In this document: positions 1 through 9,151 of the stretch, piece by piece
How positions within the stretch are numbered: position 1 is the stretch's first letter
Layout of the letters: each line of letters opens with the position of its first letter
NCBI GenBank assembly: GCA_963665775.2
Contig: CAXXTF010000002.1
Location: 576,001-640,000 of the forward strand
Reading direction: 5' to 3'
From: Dehalococcoidia bacterium
Lineage (GTDB): Bacteria; Chloroflexota; Dehalococcoidia; SM23-28-2; RBG-16-64-32
Length of the DNA: 64,000 nucleotides
Translations under genes and position numbers: made by a program
Notes under the pieces: generated by a model
Database searches by the model: none
Seen by the model: the letters and a program-made list of their open reading frames with translations, nothing else
What the model was told of the DNA's origin: nothing

Positions 1-243
1 GTCGGCGCGGTGCGGGAAGCGATGCGGCAGGTCTATGACAGGGAGCCCATCGTCGTCCCCACCATGGCCGGGACGGGCCCCCTCCATCCCTTCGTCGCGG
101 TTCTCGGTCTGCCCACCGCCGACTGCGGCATCGGCTACCCGGACACCCATATCCACGCCCCGGACGAGAACATCCGCATCGAAGACTTCCGGCGGGGGAC
201 GAAAGCGATAGCGGCGCTGCTGGGGCGCTTCGGAGAGGCGTGA
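1..243 (+). CDS. M20/M25/M40 family metallopeptidase, C-terminal part (5' truncated by window edge)
   Basis: C-terminal motif 'GIGYPDTHIHAPDENIRIEDF' typical of M20 dipeptidases. Confidence 0.8.
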   Translation, partial: VGAVREAMRQVYDREPIVVPTMAGTGPLHPFVAVLGLPTADCGIGYPDTHIHAPDENIRIEDFRRGTKAIAALLGRFGEA

Positions 244-253
244 CGACCGACCT

Positions 254-850
254 CTAGACGTTGTACCCCGACCTTCGCAACGTCCGTCGGACTTCTCGCT
301 CAAGTATCCGCCGGACATGAACCCTGAATCGCTTCTCCAGCGCCTCGCGCGCCGCCGTGTAGAGCTCAATGGCGTTCTCGATAGAGTGCGGCGTCTCCGC
401 GACCCCCATGGGGCGCAACAGGTGTGCCGACATCTTGGCGAACTCCGGCCTGACCAGCTCGTACTTACCGCTGAAGTGCTTGGCCGCCAGCCAGAGGATC
501 CAGTCCCAGAAGTGGCTGTCCACGCCCTCGAGAGTCTCGGCGCCGACCTCCCACGGCGGTTCCAGCGTGTGCTCCTGGTTGAAGAGCAGATCCACCTTGG
601 CAGCGCCCGGCAGGATCAGCATGTACGTCCCCCACTGGCTCAGGCGATCCCACTGCTGGGCCAGGGGGCGCAGCGATGCAACCAGCGCAGGGATAGCCCT
701 AGCGACAGCCTGAAAATCGTCCGTCTCGACCGCGAAATCCCAGTCGGAGAGCTCCTTGGCGTCCCCCCGCTCACGTGATCCCACCAGACGGACCGACCTT
801 ATGGCGGGATATCCCTCCAGAGCCGACATGACCCGCTCTGCTATGTTCAC
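254..850 (-). CDS. Nucleotidyltransferase-domain protein (Pol beta superfamily; LinB/AadK-like architecture)
   Basis: 'LVGSRERGDAKELSDWDF' = GS...DxD motif, third Asp in 'KVDLLF', helical C-terminal domain. Confidence 0.7.
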   Translation of the reverse strand: MNIAERVMSALEGYPAIRSVRLVGSRERGDAKELSDWDFAVETDDFQAVARAIPALVASLRPLAQQWDRLSQWGTYMLILPGAAKVDLLFNQEHTLEPPWEVGAETLEGVDSHFWDWILWLAAKHFSGKYELVRPEFAKMSAHLLRPMGVAETPHSIENAIELYTAAREALEKRFRVHVRRILEREVRRTLRRSGYNV

Positions 851-885
851 CGAGACAGTCGTACGGGGCGACCCCTCGGCCGCCG

Positions 886-1128
886 CTAGTGCCCGCCCCC
901 GACCGACGGCTCCGCTGGTGACTCCTCCGAATCCTCAACGCCCAGGCAGCCGAAGCAGCCGAACTCCAGGGCCTGGTGCTCTGAGCTGATCCAGACCTCG
1001 CCGCAATCCTTATCGTCGCTGTCATTGCGCAGCCTCAAATGATACGGCTCCTGACAGAAGTTGCAGTCGGCGGAATTGGACTCGTCGACACCATCGCCAC
1101 ACACGCAGCAGACCAACGTCTCACTCAC
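886..1128 (-). CDS. Small Cys-rich zinc-finger protein (C4HC3-like)
   Basis: 80 aa; CxxC, CxxC-x4-H, C, CxxC; starts 4 nt after the cca stop. Confidence 0.65.
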   Translation of the reverse strand: MSETLVCCVCGDGVDESNSADCNFCQEPYHLRLRNDSDDKDCGEVWISSEHQALEFGCFGCLGVEDSEESPAEPSVGGGH

Positions 1129-1131
1129 GGG

Positions 1132-2436
1132 CTAACTCCACCTCCTACGGCTACCGCTCGCCAGCAGCGAACGCACCAACTGCTCCTCATCTCTCCTGGA
1201 ACTCACTTCGCCGTCAAGCTTAGCAACTTTCACTCGTTGCAGCAGCTCTCCTACCCTCGGTCCCGGCGGAACGCCCATTTCCAGCAGGATACTCCCTACA
1301 AGGGATGGCTTGACATAACGCCTGTGCCTGAGATAGTCCAGGCAACGCTCCCGCACCGTAGGAGATGTAGCCGCGGCTAGCAGGGCCTGAACCGCGGTCA
1401 GTGGGTAAGGCGCTAGTGTCTCGACGACCGCACTCGGCCTGAGTCCAGGCCTCGCCAGCGCATCCTGCAGCCCGTGCAGATGAGAGGCGGCGCAGACCGC
1501 CCGCGACTGCCTCTTGGTCAGCTGCAGCCGTCCGGCCAGGGCTGAGGCCTCACCCGCGTCGAGGCCCCAACCCAGAAGCGGCCAGTAGGCACCTGGGACA
1601 GCCTCCGGCATCAGCTCCCGCAGGGCTGCAAAGGCCTGGGCACGGCCCAGATCGAAGGCGAGCGAGGGGTGAATCGCGGATAGGGCACCCAGCTCGCGAA
1701 GTCGGAGTAACGCCCGCTCCGGTTCCGTCTCAGCCAGGATGCGCGCCATCTCCTGTCGCAGGCGGGCACCGCTTATCGATTCCAGCCATCCTATGTCTCG
1801 CTGGAGCCAGGCCTGCGTGCGCTCCTCCAACCGAAATCCCAACCGGACCTCATAGCGAACCGCCCGCAGGATGCGCGTGGCGTCATCCACGAAGCTGCCT
1901 TCGTGCAGCGCCCGTACCAACCCGGCCTGCAGATCAGCCTGCCCGGCCCAGGGGTCGAACAGCTCGCCTCGCTGTGGGCCGGTCATGGCAAGGGCCATGG
2001 CGTTAAGGGTGAAGTCTCGCCGCCCCATGTCCTCTCGGATGGAGGCGGCACGCACCCTGGGCAGCGCGCCTGGGTGGCGGTAGCTCTCGGAGCGGGCCAT
2101 CGCCAGATCCAGCGAGAAGCTTTCTACCTTGATCGTTGCCGTTCCGAATGTAACGTGCTCGACACAACCAGCGTCCATGACGACGGCGACCCGATGGGCC
2201 AGCGCGATGGCATCCCCCTCAACAGCCAGATCGAGATCGAGAGTCGGAACGCCCAGCAGCAGGTCTCGCACCGGGCCTCCCACCAGGTACAGGGGCTGGC
2301 AGGCGTCCCCGGCCAGCCTCACCAGCGTGACAACGGCCTCTTGTGCGGCGGCCGGGAGGCGACTCAGTATTTTATCGATAAGGTTAGCATTGCTACCAGG
2401 CATAAGCGGCTCCATTATAACCTGTCGTCTTGACAA
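1132..2436 (-). CDS. cca: CCA tRNA nucleotidyltransferase / poly(A) polymerase family (true start probably ATG at 2403)
   Basis: 'LVGGPVRDLLLG...DLDL', 'RRDFTLNAMA', 'SFVDDATRILRAVRY' motifs. Confidence 0.9.
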   Translation of the reverse strand: MSRRQVIMEPLMPGSNANLIDKILSRLPAAAQEAVVTLVRLAGDACQPLYLVGGPVRDLLLGVPTLDLDLAVEGDAIALAHRVAVVMDAGCVEHVTFGTATIKVESFSLDLAMARSESYRHPGALPRVRAASIREDMGRRDFTLNAMALAMTGPQRGELFDPWAGQADLQAGLVRALHEGSFVDDATRILRAVRYEVRLGFRLEERTQAWLQRDIGWLESISGARLRQEMARILAETEPERALLRLRELGALSAIHPSLAFDLGRAQAFAALRELMPEAVPGAYWPLLGWGLDAGEASALAGRLQLTKRQSRAVCAASHLHGLQDALARPGLRPSAVVETLAPYPLTAVQALLAAATSPTVRERCLDYLRHRRYVKPSLVGSILLEMGVPPGPRVGELLQRVKVAKLDGEVSSRRDEEQLVRSLLASGSRRRWS

Positions 2437-2597
2437 CTCCCTCAGCCCGTACCTATCATTGGCAGGTGACGAGGTTGGCTAGCCGGCGATCTTTTTTGGG
2501 AAATTAGTTATATAAAACCACAGTAAACAGCCAGGAGTGCCGAGCCGCATAGGGCGGCTCTCTTCATCAGGGCCATAATTTTAAGGTTACTGTTAGG

Positions 2598-3311
2598 ATG
2601 AGAACACCTACCAAGGCAAGGGAACCACAGGAGCTGGCACTCTCCCTGGGTATAGCCTTCCGTGAGCCCTCCCTTCTGGCGCAGGCCCTATTCCATCGCT
2701 CCTACCTCAACGAGGTGCCTGAATACGACATCGAGTGCAACGAGCGGCTGGAGTTCCTGGGCGATGCCGTCCTGGGGCTGATTATCTCCGAGAAGCTGTA
2801 TCAGGACTACCCCGACTTCAGCGAGGGCAAACTGAGCCAGCTACGATCACACCTCGTGCGCTGGGACACCCTGGCCAGTGCCGCCGAGCGCATCGGCCTG
2901 GGCAACTACCTCGTCCTGGGTAACGGCGAAGAGCTCTCCGGAGGCCGCGACCGCCCCTCCAACCTCTCCGGCGCCCTCGAGGCCCTCATCGGCGCGGCCT
3001 TCCTGGACGCCGGCCTGACGCAGGCCCGGAAGCTCATCCTTCAGCTTCTGAAACCCGATCTCGAGGAGGTCGCCGCCCGCGGCGCTACCGCCGATAGCAA
3101 ATCTGAATTTCAACACGTAGCGCAGACGCGCTGGCACGAGATTCCAGAGTATCGGCTCATCTCTTCCGAAGGGCCGGACCACGCCAAGCTGTTCAAGGTG
3201 GAGGTTTTGGTGGGGAGTAGAGTGATGGGTAACGGCCAAGGCCGCAACAAGAAGCAGGCCGAGCTCAACGCCGCCCGCCAGGCTCTCGAGACTCTGGCGG
3301 GGAGCAACTAG
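2598..3311 (+). CDS. rnc: Ribonuclease III
   Basis: 'NERLEFLGDAVL' signature plus C-terminal dsRBD 'GPDHAKLFKVEV...GRNKKQAE'. Confidence 0.97.
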   Translation: MRTPTKAREPQELALSLGIAFREPSLLAQALFHRSYLNEVPEYDIECNERLEFLGDAVLGLIISEKLYQDYPDFSEGKLSQLRSHLVRWDTLASAAERIGLGNYLVLGNGEELSGGRDRPSNLSGALEALIGAAFLDAGLTQARKLILQLLKPDLEEVAARGATADSKSEFQHVAQTRWHEIPEYRLISSEGPDHAKLFKVEVLVGSRVMGNGQGRNKKQAELNAARQALETLAGSN

Positions 3312-3321
3312 CGACTCGAAC

Positions 3322-6300
3322 GTGTACCTGAAGCGCCTGGACATCCAAGGCTTCAAGAGCTTCGCGACCCGGACTACCTTCGAGTTCGGGCACGGGATGA
3401 CGGCGATCGTCGGTCCCAATGGCGCCGGCAAGTCCAACATCGCCGATGCCCTGCGATGGGTTCTGGGAGAACAGTCCGGCCGCCTCCTCCGCGCCAGTAA
3501 GCTAGACGACATTATATACGCCGGCTCCGCCAAGCGCTCCGCGACCGAAAAGGTGGAAGTCACCCTCACCCTGGATAACACCGACGCCTGGCTCCCCCTA
3601 GAGTTCCGCGAAGTCGCCATCTCCAGGCGGGGCTACCGCTCCGGCGAGAGCGAATACCGGATCAACCGCAAGCGGATCCGCCTGCGCGACCTGCAGAGCC
3701 TCCTGGCGCGGGCCAACGCCGGCCAGAACTCGTACGCCATCATCGGCCAGGGGCTGGTGGAGAGCGTCCTCAACCTCCGCCCCGAGGAGCGCCGCCAGCT
3801 GATCGAGGAGGCCGCCGACATCCAGCGCTATCGTCTGAAGATCGAGGACGCCTATAGCAAGCTGGCGGCCACCCACGAGAACGTAGAGCGGATCAGGCTG
3901 CTCATCAAGGAGATCAGGCCCCAACTGGCTCAGCTGGAGCGCCAGGCCAAGCGGGCGGGAGAGCACGCTCGCCTCTCCCATGAGCTGTCGGTGGCCCTCC
4001 ACGCCTACTACGGGCACCGTTGGCACCACGCCAACGAGACGCTCATCGTCAGCCGCGCTGAACACGATCAGGCTCAGGCTGAGCTTATCCAGGCCAAGGT
4101 GGCTCTCGACACCTGCCAGTGGGAGCTAGCCGACATCTCCTCTCAGCTCGAGGAGCAGCGCCGCGCTGCCGCGGCGGGCGCCGCCGAGCGGGACCGGCTG
4201 GACCAGCGCCTACGCGAGATGGAGCAACGTCTGGCGGTCGCTGAGGATCGTCGCGCGATCCTGGCGGCGCGCCAACGCGAGCTTCAGGACGAGCTCACCT
4301 CTGTCGAGGCCGAGCGCGACCGCGCTACCGCTGGCCTGGCCGCCGCCGACGCCCGCCGCGCGGAGCTCGATCAGGCGGTCGCCACGGCAGGCGCGGTTCG
4401 GGACGGACGCCAGGCGGAGCTGGACGCCCTCGACGGGGAGTTCCGCGATGGCCAGGCCCGTGCCATCGACACCGAGGCCAGGAGCAAGCGGCTGCAGACG
4501 GCGGCCGCCGACCTCAAGGCTCGCCTCCAGCGCCTCTCCTATAGCCAGCGCGACATGGAGCGTCAGGTGGCTAGCCTGGACATCCGGCGTCGCTCCCTGA
4601 TCAGCCAGATGGCGGAGCACCTGCGCATCCTGCGCAGCTACCGAGCCCAGGATTCCCTGCTGACAGCCGAGGTGTCCCACACCAGCACCCGCCGCCAGGC
4701 CTTGGAGACGGAGGTGCAGGAGGTTCGCCGGTCGCTGGCCAAGGTGGAGGCGAATCAGAACGCGCGCCGCGGCAAGCTGGAGGCGCTGGAGGCCCGCTTG
4801 GACATCTTGGGCCGGGCCCAGAAGCAGATACAGACGCAGCCGGAGAACAGTGCGACCGTAGAGGGCGTCCAGGCTGCGATTACGGCGATCATACGCGTTC
4901 CCCAGGGCCTGGAGGAGGCGATTGCCGCCGCCCTGGCCGACCAACTGGACGCCCTCGTTTTCGAGCGTCAGACGGAGGCTATCGCTGCTGTGGAGGCCCG
5001 CCTCGAGCAGCGCGGCCCGCGGCTCACCCTGCTCCCCCTGGACACCATGAAGCAGGTCTACCCCCTCAACCTCATGCGCGAGAAGAGCGTCCTCGGTGTC
5101 GCCTCCCGGCTGGTCAAGTATCCACCACGGTACGAGAAGCTGGTCAGCACCCTCCTCGGCCGGACGATCATCGTGCAGGATACAGCCACCGCCGTCCGCG
5201 TTTTGCGCCGCGGCATGGGAAACGTCGTCACCCTGGACGGCGTCGTCTTCCACGCCTCGGGCTCCATCACCGTGGGCCAAGCTGAGGCTGGCCGCCCCTT
5301 CATCCTGGGCTACGAACGTGACCTGGAGTCCATACCCAAGGAGATCGACCGCGTTCGCCGGTCACTGGCCATAACCGATCGCGAGCTCCTATCGCTGCAA
5401 GACCGTCTCCGCCAGGACGAATCGGACCTGGCCGGCCTCAACCGAGAGGCGGAGGACAGCATGGAACGGCGTCTCCGCCTCCAGGACTCTTTGGCCCAGA
5501 GACAGCAACAGCTCGCCCGGCTCAAAGGCGAGCTGCGAGGTCTCATCGGCTCCCAGGCCGTCCTTCGCGACCAGGAGCGCTCCTTCGCTCAAGAGGCAGA
5601 GCGGCTGGAGCAAGAGCGCGAGGGTCTGCTGGCCGAGGCCAAGGAGGCTCAGGGTACAAGCGGTTACCTGACACGGGCCAACGTCATCGTCGAACAGAGA
5701 AGGGAGTCGCTCCTCGCCGCCGCTGACGAGGCCACCGCAGAGCACGCCCGCCTTGATGGAGAGCATCGCTCCCTGGCGATCCAGCGAGAGGGAGCCCAGG
5801 CCGCTCTCGCCCGCCTGGAGGCCCAAACCTCCGCCAAGGCGCTGCAGCTGCACGACTTGGAGACGGAACTCGCGGCTCTCGAGTCCGGTGGCCGCTCCGA
5901 CCGGGACGGGCTAGCCGAGGCCCGGGAACAGCTCGAACCCTTCCTCGGGACGAATCAGCCTGGGCAGGAGACGGGCCGCCATCTGGAAGCGCGCCGGAGC
6001 GATCTCCACCCTCAGGTGCTTCGCGCCCAGAGCCGCCTCTTCGACGCCGAGCGCTACGCCCAGGAGTCCGAAGCCCAAGTCCGCCGCTGGCAGAGCGAGA
6101 TCGACACGATTCGTGTGCGTATCCAGGAGGATGGCTTGCTCTTGACGCCCGAGGGCGATATTCAGCCTGTCGAGACCATCGCCTTGGGAACCTCCCAGTG
6201 GCTGGCCGCCGAACGGCCTCCCTTGAGCCCACAGAAGGGCCCGGACGAGGGCCCGAGCGATATGCGGATGCGGCCCGTTTCCGGCGGCGCTACCGTAGAC

Positions 6301-6960
6301 CCTGAGGACCTGGGCCGCGACATCGACCGGCTGCGGGCCCAGCTCCGCAACCTGGGCCCGGTTAACGTGGAGGCACAGACCGACTACCAGCAGTTGCGCG
6401 ACCGCCACGACTTCCTGGCCAGCCAGCTCGACGACCTGGCGGGGGCCGAGATCTCCCTCCACCACGCCATCGAGGAGCTGAACAAGGTGATGCGGGGTCG
6501 GTTCGAGTCTACCTTCGCGCAGGTGGCCGATGGGTTCGAGCAGTACTTCCAGGCCTTCTTCGGAGGTGGGCAGGCGAAGCTGACCCTGACGAACGAGGAC
6601 GATCCCAGCGCCTCCGGTGTGGAGATCGAGGCGCGACCGCCGGGCAAGCGGCTCCAGACGCTGGCCCAGCTTTCCGGCGGGGAGAAGGCCCTGACGGCCG
6701 TGGCCCTCTTGTTCGCCCTGCTCCAGACCAACCCCTCGCCCTTCTGCGTGCTGGACGAGGTGGACGCCATGCTGGACGACGCCAACGTTGGCCGCTTCGT
6801 GGCGGCCCTCCAGGCGCTATCCCAGCGGACCCAGTTCATCGTCATCACCCACAACCGCAAGACGATCGAGGTGGCGGACAGCATCTACGGCGTCTCCATG
6901 GGCCCGGACGCCGCCTCTCGCGTCCTCTCCATGCGCCTGGCGGACGTGGCGGCGAACTAG
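3322..6960 (+). CDS. smc: Chromosome segregation protein SMC
   Basis: Walker A GPNGAGKSN, coiled coils, hinge, LSGGE signature, Walker B LDEVD; rnc-smc-ftsY order. Confidence 0.97.
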   Translation: MYLKRLDIQGFKSFATRTTFEFGHGMTAIVGPNGAGKSNIADALRWVLGEQSGRLLRASKLDDIIYAGSAKRSATEKVEVTLTLDNTDAWLPLEFREVAISRRGYRSGESEYRINRKRIRLRDLQSLLARANAGQNSYAIIGQGLVESVLNLRPEERRQLIEEAADIQRYRLKIEDAYSKLAATHENVERIRLLIKEIRPQLAQLERQAKRAGEHARLSHELSVALHAYYGHRWHHANETLIVSRAEHDQAQAELIQAKVALDTCQWELADISSQLEEQRRAAAAGAAERDRLDQRLREMEQRLAVAEDRRAILAARQRELQDELTSVEAERDRATAGLAAADARRAELDQAVATAGAVRDGRQAELDALDGEFRDGQARAIDTEARSKRLQTAAADLKARLQRLSYSQRDMERQVASLDIRRRSLISQMAEHLRILRSYRAQDSLLTAEVSHTSTRRQALETEVQEVRRSLAKVEANQNARRGKLEALEARLDILGRAQKQIQTQPENSATVEGVQAAITAIIRVPQGLEEAIAAALADQLDALVFERQTEAIAAVEARLEQRGPRLTLLPLDTMKQVYPLNLMREKSVLGVASRLVKYPPRYEKLVSTLLGRTIIVQDTATAVRVLRRGMGNVVTLDGVVFHASGSITVGQAEAGRPFILGYERDLESIPKEIDRVRRSLAITDRELLSLQDRLRQDESDLAGLNREAEDSMERRLRLQDSLAQRQQQLARLKGELRGLIGSQAVLRDQERSFAQEAERLEQEREGLLAEAKEAQGTSGYLTRANVIVEQRRESLLAAADEATAEHARLDGEHRSLAIQREGAQAALARLEAQTSAKALQLHDLETELAALESGGRSDRDGLAEAREQLEPFLGTNQPGQETGRHLEARRSDLHPQVLRAQSRLFDAERYAQESEAQVRRWQSEIDTIRVRIQEDGLLLTPEGDIQPVETIALGTSQWLAAERPPLSPQKGPDEGPSDMRMRPVSGGATVDPEDLGRDIDRLRAQLRNLGPVNVEAQTDYQQLRDRHDFLASQLDDLAGAEISLHHAIEELNKVMRGRFESTFAQVADGFEQYFQAFFGGGQAKLTLTNEDDPSASGVEIEARPPGKRLQTLAQLSGGEKALTAVALLFALLQTNPSPFCVLDEVDAMLDDANVGRFVAALQALSQRTQFIVITHNRKTIEVADSIYGVSMGPDAASRVLSMRLADVAAN

Positions 6961-7013
6961 GCTCGCCGCTACCCGCTTGCCCCTTCTCCTCCTCCGCCCT
7001 ATCATCGGACTCG

Positions 7014-8042
7014 ATGACCCGCTTCTTCCGCCGCAAGCAAGGGGCTCCCGCCGAACCTATCGCCGCCGCCGAGCCCATCGCTGAACCAGCCGTCGAGGCC
7101 GCATCCGTAGACCAGGCCCCTTCGGCTTCGCTCAGGACAGGCGTCGAGCGCACGCGGCGGACCTGGTTCGGCCGCATCGGCGGCATGTTCCGCCGCGGCC
7201 TGGACGACGAGCTGTGGGAGGAGCTGGAAGAGACCCTCATCGCCGCCGACACTGGCGTCCAGACCACGACTAGGATCCTCGACGATCTGAAGGAGCGGGT
7301 AAAGAGCGAGGGCATCCGCGATCCGGACGAGGCTTTAGCCGCCCTGAAGGAAGAGCTCATCAGCATCCTGGAGATCGAGACGGGCCGGGGCAAGCTCTGG
7401 TATCGCGATGGGGAGCGAGAGGCGGCGGTGAGGCCGGCCGTTATCCTGACCGTCGGCGTCAACGGCACCGGCAAGACCACCAGCATCGGCAAGCTGGCCC
7501 ACGGCTACACGGCGGCCGGGAAGACCGTCATCCTGGCCGCCGCCGACACCTTCCGCGCCGCCGCCATCGACCAGCTCCAGCGGTGGGGCGAGACGGCCGG
7601 AGCCGATGTCGTGGCGCACCAGCAGGGCGCCGACCCCAGCGCCGTCATCTTCGATGCCCTGGCCGCCGCCGAGAGTCGCAAAGCCGATATCGTCATCATC
7701 GACACCGCCGGCCGGCTCCACACCAAGGTCAACCTGATGGACGAGCTGCGAAAGGTCAACCGCGTGATCCAGCGAAAGCTCGCTGACGCCCCTCACGAGG
7801 TGCTGTTGGTTCTGGACGCTACCACCGGCCAGAACGCCCTCCCCCAGGCGAAGCACTTCACCGAAGCTGTGGGCGTGACCGGAATCCTGCTGGCCAAGCT
7901 GGACGGCACCGCCAAGGGCGGCGTCATCTTCGCGGTGTGCGACCAGCTGGGTATCCCCGTGCGCTTCGTGGGTACGGGGGAAAGACCGGACGACCTCGCC
8001 CCGTTCGAGCCCCGAGAGTTCGTGGAAGCGCTGTTCGCCTGA
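7014..8042 (+). CDS. ftsY: Signal recognition particle receptor FtsY
   Basis: [30 protein letters not shown] motifs. Confidence 0.97.
   Translation: MTRFFRRKQGAPAEPIAAAEPIAEPAVEAASVDQAPSASLRTGVERTRRTWFGRIGGMFRRGLDDELWEELEETLIAADTGVQTTTRILDDLKERVKSEGIRDPDEALAALKEELISILEIETGRGKLWYRDGEREAAVRPAVILTVGVNGTGKTTSIGKLAHGYTAAGKTVILAAADTFRAAAIDQLQRWGETAGADVVAHQQGADPSAVIFDALAAAESRKADIVIIDTAGRLHTKVNLMDELRKVNRVIQRKLADAPHEVLLVLDATTGQNALPQAKHFTEAVGVTGILLAKLDGTAKGGVIFAVCDQLGIPVRFVGTGERPDDLAPFEPREFVEALFA
7119..7142. repeat. 24-bp REP-like unit (CCTTCGGCTTCGCTCAGGACAGGC) inserted in-frame in ftsY
   Basis: Resembles the CCTTCGACTxCGCTCAGG / CCTGAGCGAAGxCGAAGG short repeat family; removal restores 'DQA-VERTRR'. 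Confidence 0.6.
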
Positions 8043-8230
8043 CCTAGCAATTGCCATCCCTGGCTCGGCGGTAGTAGTATGGGCCGCACCATGCCGCCGT
8101 CTGGCTTGGCGCGCAGAGCGCCAGCAGCTTCACCGGCCGGGTGGTGAGATGCCAGGAGTTCGGCAAGGGCTGGCCGTAGATATCTCCGTCTGAGCCTGAA
8201 CTGAGCCTCGCCGCCGCACCCGTAAGCGCC

Positions 8231-8695
8231 CTACGATTGGGCGAGAGTTTCCCGGTACTCGCGCAAGGCCTGGCGCACACCCTCGTGCTTCAGAGCGATG
8301 ATGGCGGCGGCGTAGAGGGCGGCGTTCTTGGCCCCGTTGACGGCCATGCAGGCCACGGGGACGCCCGGCGGCATCTGGGCGATCGAGAGAAGAGCGTCCA
8401 AACCGGACATGCCGGGTTTGCCGATGGGCACACCTATAACCGGGAGGGATGTCTGGGCGGCGACGACACCGGGCAAGTGGGCGGCCATACCGGCGGCGGC
8501 GATGATCGCCTCGAAGCCGCGGTCGGCGGCGGCGGTGGCGAACTCCCGCACCCTCTCCGGCGAACGGTGAGCGGACATGACCTGCAGCTCGTGCTCGATG
8601 CCGAGGTCAGTGAGGGTCTGGAGGCAGGGCTCCATGATGTCGGCATCGGACTGAGAGCCGAGGATGACGGCGACGCGGGGGTTGGTCATGACCAC
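8231..8695 (-). CDS. purE: N5-CAIR mutase
   Basis: 'GSQSD', 'SAHRSP', 'AGMAAHLPG', 'QMPPGVPVA'. Confidence 0.97.
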   Translation of the reverse strand: MVMTNPRVAVILGSQSDADIMEPCLQTLTDLGIEHELQVMSAHRSPERVREFATAAADRGFEAIIAAAGMAAHLPGVVAAQTSLPVIGVPIGKPGMSGLDALLSIAQMPPGVPVACMAVNGAKNAALYAAAIIALKHEGVRQALREYRETLAQS

Positions 8696-9147
8696 AAGCC
8701 TCCCAACCAGCTAACAAGCGTTGCTACCACCACAGAGGTCACAGCGCTAACGATGATTCCACGAATGACGCTCCTCAGTCCAAGTGCTCGTAGGAGTTTC
8801 ACGTACCACGAGGCAAGATGCTCCCTCGCGTAGGCGAAACCGTTTGAAGTGGGCTTGTAGACATTGCCGCCCACGTTGTAAATGTGGCCCCGTTTCACTA
8901 GCTGTGAGACAGCCTCCTCGATAGGCTGGAGTGGCTCAAACGTCCATTCCGTCTTAGTCCCTCGCTCAGTGCGTTCCTCCGGGCCTTTTCTTGCAAAGGG
9001 GATCTTGGCGGCATCGATCATGTCAATAGTGCCTAACCCTTGAACCCTGGCCTGGTCATCCTTTTGGTCGTCATAGGCCTTCACCATAGCGGCAAGCATT
9101 CGGTCAGCGTATTCGGATGGTTTAGGCTCCCTCCGAAACAAGTGCAC
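8686..9147 (-). CDS. Hypothetical protein, winged-helix-like core plus C-terminal transmembrane helix
   Basis: 153-aa ORF filling the purD-purE gap, visibly lower GC, hydrophobic C-terminus. Confidence 0.6.
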   Translation of the reverse strand: MHLFRREPKPSEYADRMLAAMVKAYDDQKDDQARVQGLGTIDMIDAAKIPFARKGPEERTERGTKTEWTFEPLQPIEEAVSQLVKRGHIYNVGGNVYKPTSNGFAYAREHLASWYVKLLRALGLRSVIRGIIVSAVTSVVVATLVSWLGGLWS

Positions 9148-9151
9148 CTAC

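Noticed and set aside
2542-2560. GAGCCGC/GCGGCTC hairpin upstream of rnc as an RNase III autoregulatory site
   Set aside because: A 7-bp stem is too short for an RNase III substrate and may lie upstream of the TSS
8044-8230. Short minus-strand ORF or remnant between ftsY and purE
   Set aside because: No credible start or recognisable domain
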